Assembly: GCA_030603385.1 (NCBI GenBank)
Contig: JAUVXW010000012.1
Location: 1-64,000, forward strand
Reading direction: 5' to 3'
DNA from: Promethearchaeota archaeon
GTDB lineage: Archaea > Asgardarchaeota > Lokiarchaeia > Sigyniarchaeales > SOKP01
DNA length: 64,000 nucleotides
Within the stretch, counting starts at the first letter, position 1. Every line of letters starts with the position of its first letter. Below are positions 40,039-51,792 of this stretch, piece after piece. The translations under genes were made by a program, and so were the position numbers. The notes under the pieces are model-generated. The model ran no database searches. It saw only the letters and a program-made list of their open reading frames with translations, and had not been told where the DNA came from.

Positions 40039-42186
40039 TCATTCTTTTTTTATGCATTTCCCTTTAAAAATTTTGAAATCTTCGCAATTAGAACAAAATC
40101 CTTTTCCTTGCTTATCTTTAAAACCTTCATTCCAGCATTTAGGGCATATGTAATAATTATATGACTTTTCATTATTTCTAAGATATACCCTAAAAATGTT
40201 GAAGTTGCAAATTGAACAAGATGAATTTAATAATTCTATTTTTCCATTCTTGGGTAATGATAAATAACTCTTGCAACTTTCATCTGCGCAAACTAGAAAT
40301 CTTTTATTTTTTAGATTAATAAATTTCATGGGGCTTTTATTACAGAATGGACAATTAGACGAAGTAAGAGGAATAGTATAGCTCATTTTAAAACTATTAG
40401 CTTTAGAGATCAATTCATTTTTATTAGCTAAAAACTTATCAAATAGTTTTAAAAACTCCAATCTTACTTCATTTACAACATCTTCCATTTTTCTTCTTTT
40501 TTCTTTAATTTCTTCAAGTTTTTCTTCGACTCTTTTTGTAAAATTTGGTTCTAAAAAAGGTAACCATATTTTCATCAAATTTTCAATAATAAATTTACCT
40601 AAATCTGTTATTGAATATTGATACTTAATTCTTTCTATCAACTTGCGAGTTTGAAGTATCTTTATAATAAAAGGTCGTGTTGATTTTGTACCCAAATGAT
40701 TTTTTTCCATTAGTTTAAGTAACGAAGTGTCTGAATACTTTGGTGGTGGTTTCGTTTCTTTTTGACTCAATAAAATTTCCTTTATTGGAATCTCGTCACT
40801 AGAAATTTGGATTTGCTCTTCATACTTAGGTTTAAGAAAAGGTGCAATTTCTAAAAATCCTTCAGAAATTAATGATATTCGTTGAGCTTTAAAAGGCTCA
40901 TCCTTAATCAAAAGATTTAACACTTGCAGTGATTCTACTGCTTGTTCACCAAATAACGCGAGATAATGACGTGCAAGTAAGTTATAAACTTTCTTTTGTA
41001 AATTATTTTCAAATCTCGAATCGTTTATTTCTAAGCTCTCGAGAGGCGTAATAGGGGGATGATCTCCAGCATCTTTCTTTCCTTTTGTTGGAACTATTCT
41101 ATTAGCTTTTAGTAAATTAAGGGTATACTTTCCTAATTGAGAATGTGAAGAGAAATGTTTTAAAATCTCAATATGGTTAAAATCCGGTTTATATATATCA
41201 CTATCTGTTCTTGGATACGAGATTAATTTATTTAGATATAAGGCATTTATAGTATTTAATGCCACGTTTGCTGAAATCTTTAAATTTCTAGTTAAAAGGA
41301 TTAGAGCTTTTGAGGTATTTAATGGAGTTGGAGGAGCTCTCTTTTTTAATTTTTGAGGTTTATCGATTATCTTAGCAACTTTCTCATCCTCAATTTTTTG
41401 AAATATTTGTTGTGCTTTGAATTCTTGATCTTTTTTAAAGGGGTTTAATACATGATGAGCTTGAAAAGTTCCATTTTCATGAAATAAGACCGCATCTATT
41501 AAGAAGTAAGGTTCCGGTACAAAACTTGTTATATCTTGGTCTCTTAAATATATGAGATAAAGGAGGCTGGTCTGAACCCTTCCAATTGAAGTAAATTGGA
41601 CTCTAAATTTATTTAATATAGGTCGAAGTGTATTAGTAACTTCTCTAGTCGCAGAAAAGCCTATAAATGCATCAATAAGGGCTCTTGCCTCACCTGACTC
41701 ACCCCAACTATACTTTGGGTTAATAAGATTATTAAATTTATTAATTATTTCATTTTTCTGTAATGAACTAAGCCATAATTGTGAGATTTTTATTTGGGGA
41801 TTTGCTTGCTTTACAAAGGGAAGCGCATCAATTAGTCCGATGTTGCATCCCTCAATATCAGCATCAGTCCCAATAATACAGTGATTTGAAATCCTTGAAT
41901 ATTCTTTTAAAACCTTAATATATGGAGCAGCATAACGTTTCGGAAATTTCTTAATTGCTTTAGAATTGGTAATAATTTCTCTAGGATTAGTTTTAGTCCA
42001 ACTTTTATAAGCTTCTGTATTTTTATGTTCGAGGAGATGACCACGTAACGGAATTACGTATAGATTTTTCGATGGAACGGTGTATACATTTAATGATTTT
42101 GTTTTATTAATTGTTTTAACTGAACCAAGAGCCTTTGCAATAGCTTCTGCAGCTTTATTTTTTTCGGCTACTATTATGGTTGCCAT
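40039..42186 (-). CDS. topA: DNA topoisomerase IA with C-terminal Zn ribbons
   Basis: TOPRIM AEK and DADIEG; GRVQT, SYPRTDS, HPPITP and GTKSTR motifs. Confidence 0.93.
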   Translation of the reverse strand: MATIIVAEKNKAAEAIAKALGSVKTINKTKSLNVYTVPSKNLYVIPLRGHLLEHKNTEAYKSWTKTNPREIITNSKAIKKFPKRYAAPYIKVLKEYSRISNHCIIGTDADIEGCNIGLIDALPFVKQANPQIKISQLWLSSLQKNEIINKFNNLINPKYSWGESGEARALIDAFIGFSATREVTNTLRPILNKFRVQFTSIGRVQTSLLYLIYLRDQDITSFVPEPYFLIDAVLFHENGTFQAHHVLNPFKKDQEFKAQQIFQKIEDEKVAKIIDKPQKLKKRAPPTPLNTSKALILLTRNLKISANVALNTINALYLNKLISYPRTDSDIYKPDFNHIEILKHFSSHSQLGKYTLNLLKANRIVPTKGKKDAGDHPPITPLESLEINDSRFENNLQKKVYNLLARHYLALFGEQAVESLQVLNLLIKDEPFKAQRISLISEGFLEIAPFLKPKYEEQIQISSDEIPIKEILLSQKETKPPPKYSDTSLLKLMEKNHLGTKSTRPFIIKILQTRKLIERIKYQYSITDLGKFIIENLMKIWLPFLEPNFTKRVEEKLEEIKEKRRKMEDVVNEVRLEFLKLFDKFLANKNELISKANSFKMSYTIPLTSSNCPFCNKSPMKFINLKNKRFLVCADESCKSYLSLPKNGKIELLNSSCSICNFNIFRVYLRNNEKSYNYYICPKCWNEGFKDKQGKGFCSNCEDFKIFKGKCIKKE

Positions 42187-42344
42187 TCTAGTTTATTATT
42201 TACAAGACATTTTATAAGTAAATTTTCGAAGATCAAATAATATATTATAACAGTTAAATAAATTACTGGTTGTTATTAAAAGAAAAATACTGATTTATTA
42301 TTTTAATTATTAAGAGATCTTCAAATCTTCTTGTTTCACTTATT

Positions 42345-45300
42345 TTAAATCGGTAGCGTAAATGTGAAGGTTGATCCTTTATTAGGTCCATCTGAATCAG
42401 CGTTAATTTCACCACCATGTAATTCAACTATTCCTTTGGTGATGTAGAGTCCTAGTCCTGTTCCACTATCCTTGATATTGATATTCTCATTAGGAATTGG
42501 TTGTATAATTCTTTCAAATTTCTTAAATAACTTTCCTAATTCTTCTTCAGTGAGTCCAATTCCATTATCCTTTACTTCAAAAAGATATCCTTCATTCATT
42601 TTTTTAGCTGATATTTCAATCCAACCATAATCAGGTGTAAATTTAATAGCATTTGAGATTAAATTAGTAAAAACAGTAAAAATGCGTGTCATATCCACAT
42701 TTAACATTATTTCATGATTGATATTTAATATTATCTCGAGATTTTTCTCATTAATCAGATAACTTAATTCATCAAGACAATCATTTATGATATTACTTAC
42801 ATTAATTTGTTCTTTTTGAAGTTGTAATTTATCTTCATCAATTTTCATGACTTCTAAAAGTTGATCCATTAAAACTTCTAATCTTTTGACATTTCTCTGA
42901 ACTGTTACTAAATCTTCTGTAATTTCAGGTGTTAAACTACTTCTGTGCTTTATAAGTATGTAATCCGTATAACCTGAAATGGAGATTAAAGGTGTCTTTA
43001 ATTCATGTGTTGCCATGGTTATAAAGTCATTTTTAATTTGATCCATTTGCATCAATTCAATATTTTTTTCTCTTAATTTCTTTTCTGATTCCAGTAATTC
43101 TTGTTCTAATTTGAATTTCTCAGTAATATCTGTAAAAGTGCCCTCAACTTCCACAGGTTTCCCAGCAGAATCATAAATTACGTGAGCATTTACATTTAAA
43201 GTTATTATTTCACTATCCTTCATCCTAACCTGCACAATGAAATTTCTGATAAATCCTTTTTCTTCTAATTCTTTATAATATTGTATTTGAGTTTCTTCAT
43301 TGACAAAAAACCTAGATGCCTTTGCTCCGACAATACTATCATGTGGTTTAAATCCGAGAATTCTATTTAATGCTTGATTATGCATTAATAAATTACCCTT
43401 ATATTCTCCTTTATAAAATCCTACATCCAAATTATTAACCATGGTTCGAAATTTTTCTTCTGATTCTTTTAATTGGTTTTCCATTTCCGTATTTTCAGTA
43501 ATGTCTCGTAAAATTGTAATAACTTGCTCAACTTTACCTTCACTAAAGATTGGGATTTTTCGAGTTTCAGTGATTACATCTTGATCATCCAATTTTGTAG
43601 TTTCCATTGTAATGAGTGGCATCCCATTATCAAACACTTGCTCATATTCTTCACGGATTTTAGATGGTAAGAATGGAAAGGCTTCAAATATCTTTTTTCC
43701 AAATATTTCTTTATCAATATTTAATCTTTCCAACCATTTTTCAAATTCCTTGTTTACTAGAATAATTCTTAAATCTTTATCTACAACATGGAGAGGGTCA
43801 CCTAATGAATCGATTGTAGTACGATACTGTCGTTCAGACTCTTTCAACTTCTCTTCAGCATTTTTTTTTTCAGTAATATCTTGGATAATAACTTGATGAA
43901 TGATTTCATCGTCTAATTCTATAGTTGAAATTTCAGATTGAACCCATGCACGTGTGTTGTCTTTTTTATAGATTTCTGTTAATTTAGGTATTACTTTTGA
44001 ATCTAAAGTTCTTCTTTCTGATAACAAATCAGGTAATTCTCTTAAAGCATTTTTAGTATCAGGGGTGTAAATTCCAATTAGAGTTGAATAATTGTTTCCA
44101 ATAAGATCTTCTTTATCATACCCAAACAACATTGGGATTGTAGAATTTATATCAATTATCGCTCCCTCTGAATTTAAAAGAACAATACCATAAGGAGAGT
44201 TTTCATATAGATGCCGAAATTTCCGCTCAGATTCCATTAATTTTTGCTCTGCAATACGCTTTTCTGTTATATCAATAAATGTTATTAAGTCAGCAATTTT
44301 ACCTTGGTAATTTATTGCTTTTGAATGTAGTTCTATCCATCTAATTTCTTTTGAAGGATTTATTATTCTAACAGTATAATGAGACATTTGATCTGTTTCT
44401 CCATCCATTTTTTCCCTTAATTGCTCTAAAACATAAGGCAAATCGTCGGGATGAATCTTTTTTGCGAAGTCATTTCTATTCCATTTACTTATATCCATAA
44501 TTGAATAACCAGTAATTTCAGATAAAGCTTGATTTGTGTAGATTACATACCCCTCTTGTAAAATTGCTATACCTAAAGAGGTTTGTTCAGCAATAGTTCT
44601 AAATTTCTCCTCGGATTCTCTTAGTTCTTTGGTTCTCTCTAAAATAACTTGTTCAAGTTCTTCATTTAATACTCTCAATTCCTCTTCAGATTCTTTTAAA
44701 TCTGTTATGTCTTGAATAATTGCTTGTGTAAGTGTTTTATCTTCAATTTTTACAAGAGAACTTTGAATTGACAACCAAATCTTTCTTCCGTCAAGTCGAG
44801 TAATCTGGAATTCTAATTGTCCTAATTTATCGCTTTTTAGAAATTTATCAAACCGTTCCTTCAATAAAAATATAAGGTCATCGGGCCTTTCTAGGAATTT
44901 TAAAACTTCAGTAAACTTTTTACCTATTATATCTTCTATTTTTAAGACTGAAAGTAAGCTATTAATTGTTGAATTACAATCAATAATAATTCCATCCTCA
45001 TCCATTAACCAAATAGCATAAGGAGAGCTTTCAAATAGGTGGTGATACTTTTGTTCAGAATTTTTTAATTTTTGTTCTAACTGAAATTTTTCTGTTATAT
45101 CTCGTGCTATACCACTAAAACCAACAATTTTTCCATTTATATCATGTCTTAGGTATACTGAAGATTCACATGTAATTAGTTCCCCATTTTTATTCCGAAG
45201 TTGGTATTGAAAATCAAACTTTGGGTTTCCAGTTTGATACACCCCCGTGTAGACTTCTACTATTTTCTGTTTATTTGTCTCGTCAACGAAGCTTTGGTAA

Positions 45301-46289
45301 TTTACACCTAACATTTCCTCATTAGTATAGCCATGGAGTTCGCATAAAGCATCATTGAAGAAAGTAAAATATCCATCAATATCAACTTCAAAATAGCCTT
45401 CTTTAATAGTATCAAGGATTCCACGATATTTTTCTTCAGATTCTTTTAATTTTTCTTCAGCAGTTTTTCGAATTGTGATATCTTCATAAGTAGAGAGAAT
45501 TCCGACTACTTTACCTTTTAAATCATGCAAAGGAATTCTGTTAATTTCAAACCAGACTTGATTTCCATCTTTTGTAATAAATGATGCTATAGAATTAAAT
45601 TCTGGTATATTATTCTTCATAACTCTACGCTCATTCTCTTGAATAGTCTCGATATTATTCTTAAGCCAAATTAAATCATTATCTGTTCTACCGATGATAT
45701 TAGATCCTTCTACTAAACCATTCATTAATGCAAAATTTTTGTTACACCCTAAGTAAACCAAATTTATATCTTTCCAATAAATGAAATGAGGGATGTTATC
45801 GAGTACCAAATCTAACATTTCTCTTGTTTTTTGAACGGTTCTTACACCTTCTTTTGATTGAATGAGTTTCCAGTATCTGATTTCAGGTAAAGAATCTGCT
45901 AACTCACTAAATCTTTTTTGGCTTTCATTATAACTTTCTTCAATCTTTTTAAATTTAGAGATATCTCGGCATATTAAAAATACCATCCTATTGTTAGTGT
46001 CATCTAGAAATCGTCTTCCTTTTATTTCATACCATCTAAAAAGTCCTTTACCATCAATTATCCTTGATTCTTCAGTTCCAAATCCATGTTTAAAGATATT
46101 TTTTATAAATTTGTTTACACGTTTTTTATCATCAAGATGAATAAAATCGAATATATGTTTTTCCTCCTTGAAATCTTCAAAATTAGCGTACTCACACATG
46201 AATTTTTCATTAAGTATTAATATTGGATCTTCTATGTTTTCAGAGATAATTTGATTAATATTATTAATTTGATTAATTGTACTTGCCAT
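42345..46289 (-). CDS. Soluble multi-PAS sensor histidine kinase
   Basis: Repeated DITE...ESEEKYR PAS/PAC linkers; ATHELKTP H-box, NAIKF, DNGIG and GTGLGL motifs. Confidence 0.93.
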   Translation of the reverse strand: MASTINQINNINQIISENIEDPILILNEKFMCEYANFEDFKEEKHIFDFIHLDDKKRVNKFIKNIFKHGFGTEESRIIDGKGLFRWYEIKGRRFLDDTNNRMVFLICRDISKFKKIEESYNESQKRFSELADSLPEIRYWKLIQSKEGVRTVQKTREMLDLVLDNIPHFIYWKDINLVYLGCNKNFALMNGLVEGSNIIGRTDNDLIWLKNNIETIQENERRVMKNNIPEFNSIASFITKDGNQVWFEINRIPLHDLKGKVVGILSTYEDITIRKTAEEKLKESEEKYRGILDTIKEGYFEVDIDGYFTFFNDALCELHGYTNEEMLGVNYQSFVDETNKQKIVEVYTGVYQTGNPKFDFQYQLRNKNGELITCESSVYLRHDINGKIVGFSGIARDITEKFQLEQKLKNSEQKYHHLFESSPYAIWLMDEDGIIIDCNSTINSLLSVLKIEDIIGKKFTEVLKFLERPDDLIFLLKERFDKFLKSDKLGQLEFQITRLDGRKIWLSIQSSLVKIEDKTLTQAIIQDITDLKESEEELRVLNEELEQVILERTKELRESEEKFRTIAEQTSLGIAILQEGYVIYTNQALSEITGYSIMDISKWNRNDFAKKIHPDDLPYVLEQLREKMDGETDQMSHYTVRIINPSKEIRWIELHSKAINYQGKIADLITFIDITEKRIAEQKLMESERKFRHLYENSPYGIVLLNSEGAIIDINSTIPMLFGYDKEDLIGNNYSTLIGIYTPDTKNALRELPDLLSERRTLDSKVIPKLTEIYKKDNTRAWVQSEISTIELDDEIIHQVIIQDITEKKNAEEKLKESERQYRTTIDSLGDPLHVVDKDLRIILVNKEFEKWLERLNIDKEIFGKKIFEAFPFLPSKIREEYEQVFDNGMPLITMETTKLDDQDVITETRKIPIFSEGKVEQVITILRDITENTEMENQLKESEEKFRTMVNNLDVGFYKGEYKGNLLMHNQALNRILGFKPHDSIVGAKASRFFVNEETQIQYYKELEEKGFIRNFIVQVRMKDSEIITLNVNAHVIYDSAGKPVEVEGTFTDITEKFKLEQELLESEKKLREKNIELMQMDQIKNDFITMATHELKTPLISISGYTDYILIKHRSSLTPEITEDLVTVQRNVKRLEVLMDQLLEVMKIDEDKLQLQKEQINVSNIINDCLDELSYLINEKNLEIILNINHEIMLNVDMTRIFTVFTNLISNAIKFTPDYGWIEISAKKMNEGYLFEVKDNGIGLTEEELGKLFKKFERIIQPIPNENINIKDSGTGLGLYITKGIVELHGGEINADSDGPNKGSTFTFTLPI

Positions 46290-46417
46290 TTTGGGGATTA
46301 CCTCATTACAGAGAGTAATTATTTCTTTTCTTTAATTAAGATTAGAAGAATTAATAATATAATTTTTCCTATTGAAGTTCTTTTATTAGGATTTGAGAAA
46401 ATACTTTCACGAAATTC

Positions 46418-47533
46418 TTATCCTAACTCGCCTGCAATTCCTCGAATTTTTTTCCTCATTTCTTCTTGTTTTCTAACTATCTCTGAATACTGAAATTCTG
46501 TTTTATTTGTTAAATCAGCTAGTTCTGGTACAAAATTATATTCAACAAAGAGTTCTTTAGTCTCTTTTGAAATTAAACCATTGGTTATTTTCATTGGATT
46601 ATTTTGAAAATTTTCAAATTTTGATTCCCAATCGTTTAAAAAATCATCTATATCGTTTTTTAAATTAAAAATAGGCAGCACTCCTAAACTATTTGGAGTT
46701 GTTACTGCAACATTTGCTCTTTTTAAGCTGAATCTATTTCCATTAAAGGATATTGCAATGCCTCCTTCGTCTCTTACCCTCTGAAGCATATTAATATCTG
46801 TAATTGAATCTCCCAATACTATCATTTCTGATATTGCTATTCCTGTCCTTCGAGATATATCTTCAACAGCATTTTCCTTTCTTTTTCCACCTCTAACTTT
46901 TACTCGATTCATTACTCGAATATAGTCTGTTTCTTTTCCCATCCAGAAGAAATTGTTTAAATCTTCAATAACGCTGTTAAGATTTTTATTATTATTTAGA
47001 TATTTTTGGAAAATTACATTCATTAGTAGTTCTACATCTTCTTCAATGTTATTAAGCCCTTTCTTCAAATTTTTAATATTTAGTTCTGTGCAGTAAACAT
47101 TGTCTTTTGGAATACCTAAAGAAGCAGTTACATTATGAGCAAAATGAGAATAACTAGTCGAAATAACGAATATTTCCCAATCTTTACGTAAAATATTCAT
47201 TAATTCTCGACATCCGGGTAATAACCCAAGATCACTTTTTGCTAATTTTATCAATTCTTTGTCCGTATAACATGCAGTATAGAGAGGTGCCATTATTCTC
47301 AGGGTGTCTCCAGGTTGATAATCTGGAATGTTTAATGTTTCCTTTACTCCTGGAACATCGATAATATAATCATCGTAGTTAGAAATCATTCTAAAGAAAG
47401 CACCCATATCAAACATTTTTAAATTAAACTTAGATTTATCGCCTAAAAGCTTTCCAATTTCCGCCGCAAAATCAATAATGCTAATTGGTCCTTCCAAATC
47501 AAACAAGCAAATATTTTTTTTTCTCATAAACAT
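46418..47533 (-). CDS. HAD-superfamily hydrolase (COG4030/EhaR-like)
   Basis: FDLEGP, ISTSY, GDSITD and SFNGN motifs. Confidence 0.75.
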   Translation of the reverse strand: MFMRKKNICLFDLEGPISIIDFAAEIGKLLGDKSKFNLKMFDMGAFFRMISNYDDYIIDVPGVKETLNIPDYQPGDTLRIMAPLYTACYTDKELIKLAKSDLGLLPGCRELMNILRKDWEIFVISTSYSHFAHNVTASLGIPKDNVYCTELNIKNLKKGLNNIEEDVELLMNVIFQKYLNNNKNLNSVIEDLNNFFWMGKETDYIRVMNRVKVRGGKRKENAVEDISRRTGIAISEMIVLGDSITDINMLQRVRDEGGIAISFNGNRFSLKRANVAVTTPNSLGVLPIFNLKNDIDDFLNDWESKFENFQNNPMKITNGLISKETKELFVEYNFVPELADLTNKTEFQYSEIVRKQEEMRKKIRGIAGELG

Positions 47534-47607
47534 GTAAAATTATCTCCTTTTAGTAGAATGATGCAGAAATATTTTAAAAAAAATTTCTATTAAAGTAGAA
47601 ATAACTC

Positions 47608-49342
47608 TCACGCTATAACAAACTTTAAAAAATCAATATTATTCCATTTAGAAATTTTATTCAGGTCTATTTCAGAGAAAGTTTCAAATTTTAAACGATG
47701 GAATGGTATTTGAAACATCCTCTCAAAGAAATCTGGACCATATTTAATACCATTTATATCAGTTCTGTGAAAAGCTGTATAATTTAATTTATCCTCATAT
47801 ATCCTTTTCCAAGAATTTACCTTCCTGTCGATATTTTATTGTTATATATTGTTGAAATTTGAGCAAAATCTCTCTAGAATGTAGACGCTCACGAACTCGT
47901 TTTACCTGCTTTCTTGAAAGATTTGTTTCTTTACAAATCTTTTTTAAAGGTATGCGATTAATTATCCAATTAACCCAAGTGGATCTTGAAATTCCGTAGT
48001 ATCTTTTTTTCTTGATAAACCATTCGTTAAAGGCGCAAATATTACTATCCTTTATAAAATTTTCCCAATATATAAAGTCTAAGTTTAATTCTCCCCTATA
48101 GAATGACCAAAACCAAGTTTTTAGCTTTAGCTTATCTTCCTGTTCAAATATAGATTTTAAAAAATTTAATATTTTTAGATACTTTTTTTCATCCAATTTG
48201 CCAAGAAACTGTTCATAAAGTAAAATTTCAATTACAGGCTTTAAAAATTCTTTATTCGCGTTATATCTACTACTTTTATTATAATCTCCGGAGAAGTAAG
48301 ATGAAATTCTTTTTTTAATCTGCCTTACAGAAACCCCTATATCATAAAATTTCAATAAATATTCTTTAATTGTTTTATACTCAAATCCAAATGTCATCAT
48401 CATGCTTACATCATACATTGGTAAATCGAGACCTATTCCACCACCACCTCCATGAATTTCGTTAAGACCATCAATCTTATAGTTTACTCCATCAATAAGA
48501 CCTTCTATGTATAGTTTTTCTTTATGAATCGCAGTTGATATCGATTTATGTATTTCAAGAATTTCCCGTTCGAATAAATTTTCGCATTCTTTAACCAATG
48601 GCATTACTGCACCTCCTATCATATAAAATTTTTTATGACGAATTTGTGAATAATAATAACTAAAATCCTCTTCTGTCAAACCGTGAGTTTTTAGAGCTTG
48701 AATAATAACTTCTGCTTTCTTAGTCATAGTTCTTTTCGCTGAATATCTTATTATTGAGTCTGCAATATGTTGCGCAAATCGGATTTCTTCTTTTTCTGTA
48801 GTAACACCTAAATAATACTTATTACCTTTGGATTCATCCAAAAATTGCCACTTATAAATAATCGCCCCATATGCTTTTTTATCTAAGGTTTTTTCAAAAA
48901 ATCTATCTCCTACTAGAGCTCTAGTTACATAATCTCTGATAAACCACTCTCTGGTTTCGGGATTCTGATATTCATATATAGATAAATATTTCTTAGCAAA
49001 TTTCGGACTTATTTCATCAAGATATAATGGAAATCTATGTGATTTAATTAGATTATCAAGAATTATATCCACTTTCTCAAATAGAATGAAGTATTTTTTT
49101 TTAAAATTTCGCTTATAGTTCTCATACCAGCTTAATTCAACTTCCGATCTTGATATTTGAATAATCTCTTCTTCTTTATTAATTACACCGATTTCCTTTT
49201 TGGATTTAAGAAATTCAAATTTTAATTGATCAAATGGATTAAAATTTTCGATATATTTGTTGAAATTATTAAAGCTATTGCCCTGATTTCGAGGTCTTGA
49301 ACCTCTTTTATGACAGCGATTATCGATTTTTCGCGGACTCAT
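47608..49342 (-). pseudogene. GIY-YIG-like nuclease with C-terminal HTH region, apparent frameshift near 47816
   Basis: IIY...YLG.T...R..H and E..YI...GLN...GG motifs; a second frame continues SWKRIYEDKLNY... to TGA at 47608. Confidence 0.6.
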
Positions 49343-49684
49343 GGTACCTCCATCTTTTTAATTTTTAATAGATACAACAATATTTTGTGATAATCTTGAC
49401 TCATCGGTTTCCCACTCATTTTGTCTTTTAGTTATGAAAATTCTCTAAAAAATTGCTTTCTGAATTTATTGCATTTATTATGCTTATTTATTAATTAGGG
49501 GTATGGATTAAAAATCTTTAATATAAATATATAAAAAGAGAGTGTTGAAAATTAGTTATTATAATTTTTGTCGATTAAAGTTGAGTTTAAAGAAAATTCA
49601 AATAACTCTTTTATTAAGAGCTTATTATAGTTGAGAATTTTTTTAAAAAAAATATCAGAAAATATTCGAGTTTAGAATCTAACT

Positions 49685-50152
49685 TTAGAAATTTCTTGGA
49701 TTGATCTTTCTTTCTCTCTTAATAATTTCTTTCCAGTTTGGTTCTATTGCGTCAAAGGTTTCTTGGGCAAGATTCTTGACTTCTTCATCGGAAGAACTAA
49801 GAAATGTTCCAATATACTCTAAGGCTCTTTTATCTTTAATTTTTTTTAAAGCCTCTATTATATAAATAATCCTATACCGATCTATCTCGGAGGCATTTAA
49901 TTCATCTTGAAGTTTTTCTATAATCCTTAAAGTTGCTCGACCATCTCCAATCCTTCCTAGAGCTTCTATGATCTTGTTAATAACGAGATGATCTTCTTCT
50001 GATCTTAAAGCACGACAAAGTAAATTTACAGACCTACCTTCTTTCATAATTCCAAGTTCTCTTGCTGCATCGGCTCTTTTTTGCCATTCCTCATCGTGAA
50101 AGAGCTGTTTTATTAATGAGTTAAATTTAACATTTTGTTCATGCCAATTCAT
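49685..50152 (-). CDS. HEAT/PBS-lyase repeat protein
   Basis: RADAARELG, IEALGRIGD and IEALKKIKD repeats. Confidence 0.85.
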   Translation of the reverse strand: MNWHEQNVKFNSLIKQLFHDEEWQKRADAARELGIMKEGRSVNLLCRALRSEEDHLVINKIIEALGRIGDGRATLRIIEKLQDELNASEIDRYRIIYIIEALKKIKDKRALEYIGTFLSSSDEEVKNLAQETFDAIEPNWKEIIKRERKINPRNF

Positions 50153-50219
50153 TATTCAAGTAAAGCTTAATATTGAAATTATTATAAGTTGATGATTATA
50201 AAATATAAAAATATTATTC

Positions 50220-51539
50220 TTATTTTTTAAGAAGAGAATTCATATGATCTATTCGTTTTTGCAATAATTTTAGAGTTCCTACATCTTTCCTATGAAATAA
50301 TTTACCTTTGATACATCCTACTCCGGCTTCCGCAATTTTTTCGGCTTTTTCAAGAGTATCAGAGATTCCTAACACACCCATTGCTCTAGAGGTTGTTGTA
50401 TAGACATTTTGTCCTTCTCTATAAACTGATGCGTAATAATATTTTGCACCAGTCTTATCTAGTTTTTTCTTATCAATAAGAATTTGTTCGTCTCTTTTTG
50501 GATTCATTGGATAGCCTTCAGGAGCAAGATATTTACATACAGATGCTTTTTTCTCAAATTCATAACTTTTGGATAAGTTACCATTAATGATAGCCCAACA
50601 GATATCAACAAAATTACTTTTAAGAAGAGGTAAAAGATTCATTGCCTCGGGATCACCCAATCGAGAATTATATTCAATTAATTTAATACCAGATGCAGTT
50701 TTCATGAATTGTCCATACAAAAAACCTTTATATTCTACACCCGTTTCTGCCTTAACTGCTGCTACTGTTTTTTTCATATCTGCGAGGGCTTCATTAACAT
50801 CATTTTGAGTGAAAAAGGGCATGAGATGATCTTCCATGCTATATGATCCCATTCCTCCCGTATTTGGACCCTTGTCATCTTCATAAGCTCTTTTGTGGTC
50901 TTGAACTAATGGAGAACCTATTACATTTTTCCCATCAACAAAAGCCTGTAGTGTAAACTCCTCTCCATCACATTTTTCCTCTAAGAGAAATCTATTTTTT
51001 TTATCTACCAATTCATTACAATACTCTAAGATATCCTTTTTTGAAAAAAGGTGATCACCATAAACTTTTACTCCTTTACCTCCTGTAAGCCCTTCTGGTT
51101 TAACGACAATATTATCTTCACCCATATCCTTTATATAACTTTCAACGCCTTCCATAGAATCAAATATTTTGCTCATAATGTTTGATTGGATTTTATATTT
51201 TTCAAGCAGCTCTCTCATGAAAACCTTAGAACCTTCTAATTGAGCCGCTTCTATTTTCGGTCCAACACAAGGGATCCCACCTTTTTCTAAAGCGTCAACT
51301 ATTCCAACTACTAAAGGAGCTTCTGGTCCAATAACGGCAAAATCTATACTATTTTTTTTACAAAATTCAAGTATTTTTTGAAAATCGGTTTCGGAGTGAA
51401 TTTCAATATTTTTACTCAAATCTTCTAATCCCGCATTCTTAAAACTCATGAAAGAAAATAAGCTTGCTCCTCCTCTAACAAGAGTTTCCCCGACAACGTG
51501 TTCCCTGGCGCCATGCCCTACAATCAAACAATTTACCAT
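50220..51539 (-). CDS. purD: Phosphoribosylamine--glycine ligase
   Basis: GAREH, GPEAPL, LEGSK, QDHKR, GPNTGGMG and RLGDPE motifs. Confidence 0.96.
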   Translation of the reverse strand: MVNCLIVGHGAREHVVGETLVRGGASLFSFMSFKNAGLEDLSKNIEIHSETDFQKILEFCKKNSIDFAVIGPEAPLVVGIVDALEKGGIPCVGPKIEAAQLEGSKVFMRELLEKYKIQSNIMSKIFDSMEGVESYIKDMGEDNIVVKPEGLTGGKGVKVYGDHLFSKKDILEYCNELVDKKNRFLLEEKCDGEEFTLQAFVDGKNVIGSPLVQDHKRAYEDDKGPNTGGMGSYSMEDHLMPFFTQNDVNEALADMKKTVAAVKAETGVEYKGFLYGQFMKTASGIKLIEYNSRLGDPEAMNLLPLLKSNFVDICWAIINGNLSKSYEFEKKASVCKYLAPEGYPMNPKRDEQILIDKKKLDKTGAKYYYASVYREGQNVYTTTSRAMGVLGISDTLEKAEKIAEAGVGCIKGKLFHRKDVGTLKLLQKRIDHMNSLLKK

Positions 51540-51792
51540 TATTTTTCAACACAAGAAATGTATCTATTTTAATTAATTATAATTACTAACTAGATTAACA
51601 AATAATTTTAACATTAATTATTAACCAAGTAATTACTGCTATCTTAAAGAAAGACTTTTAATACTTTTAAAAAGCCCTTAAAATTAAAATCCAAATTTCA
51701 AATAGGTAAAAGAAGTTTTTATAAGGTTTTTAAGAAGCAAAAATAGAGTCTACTATATGATATAGTTCATCTATATTTTATTTAAATCGGAA

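Noticed and set aside
49676-49715. Possible frameshift at the end of the HEAT gene (alternate frame SIQEISKVRF*)
   Set aside because: Changes only about 10 residues and cannot be judged without homolog alignment
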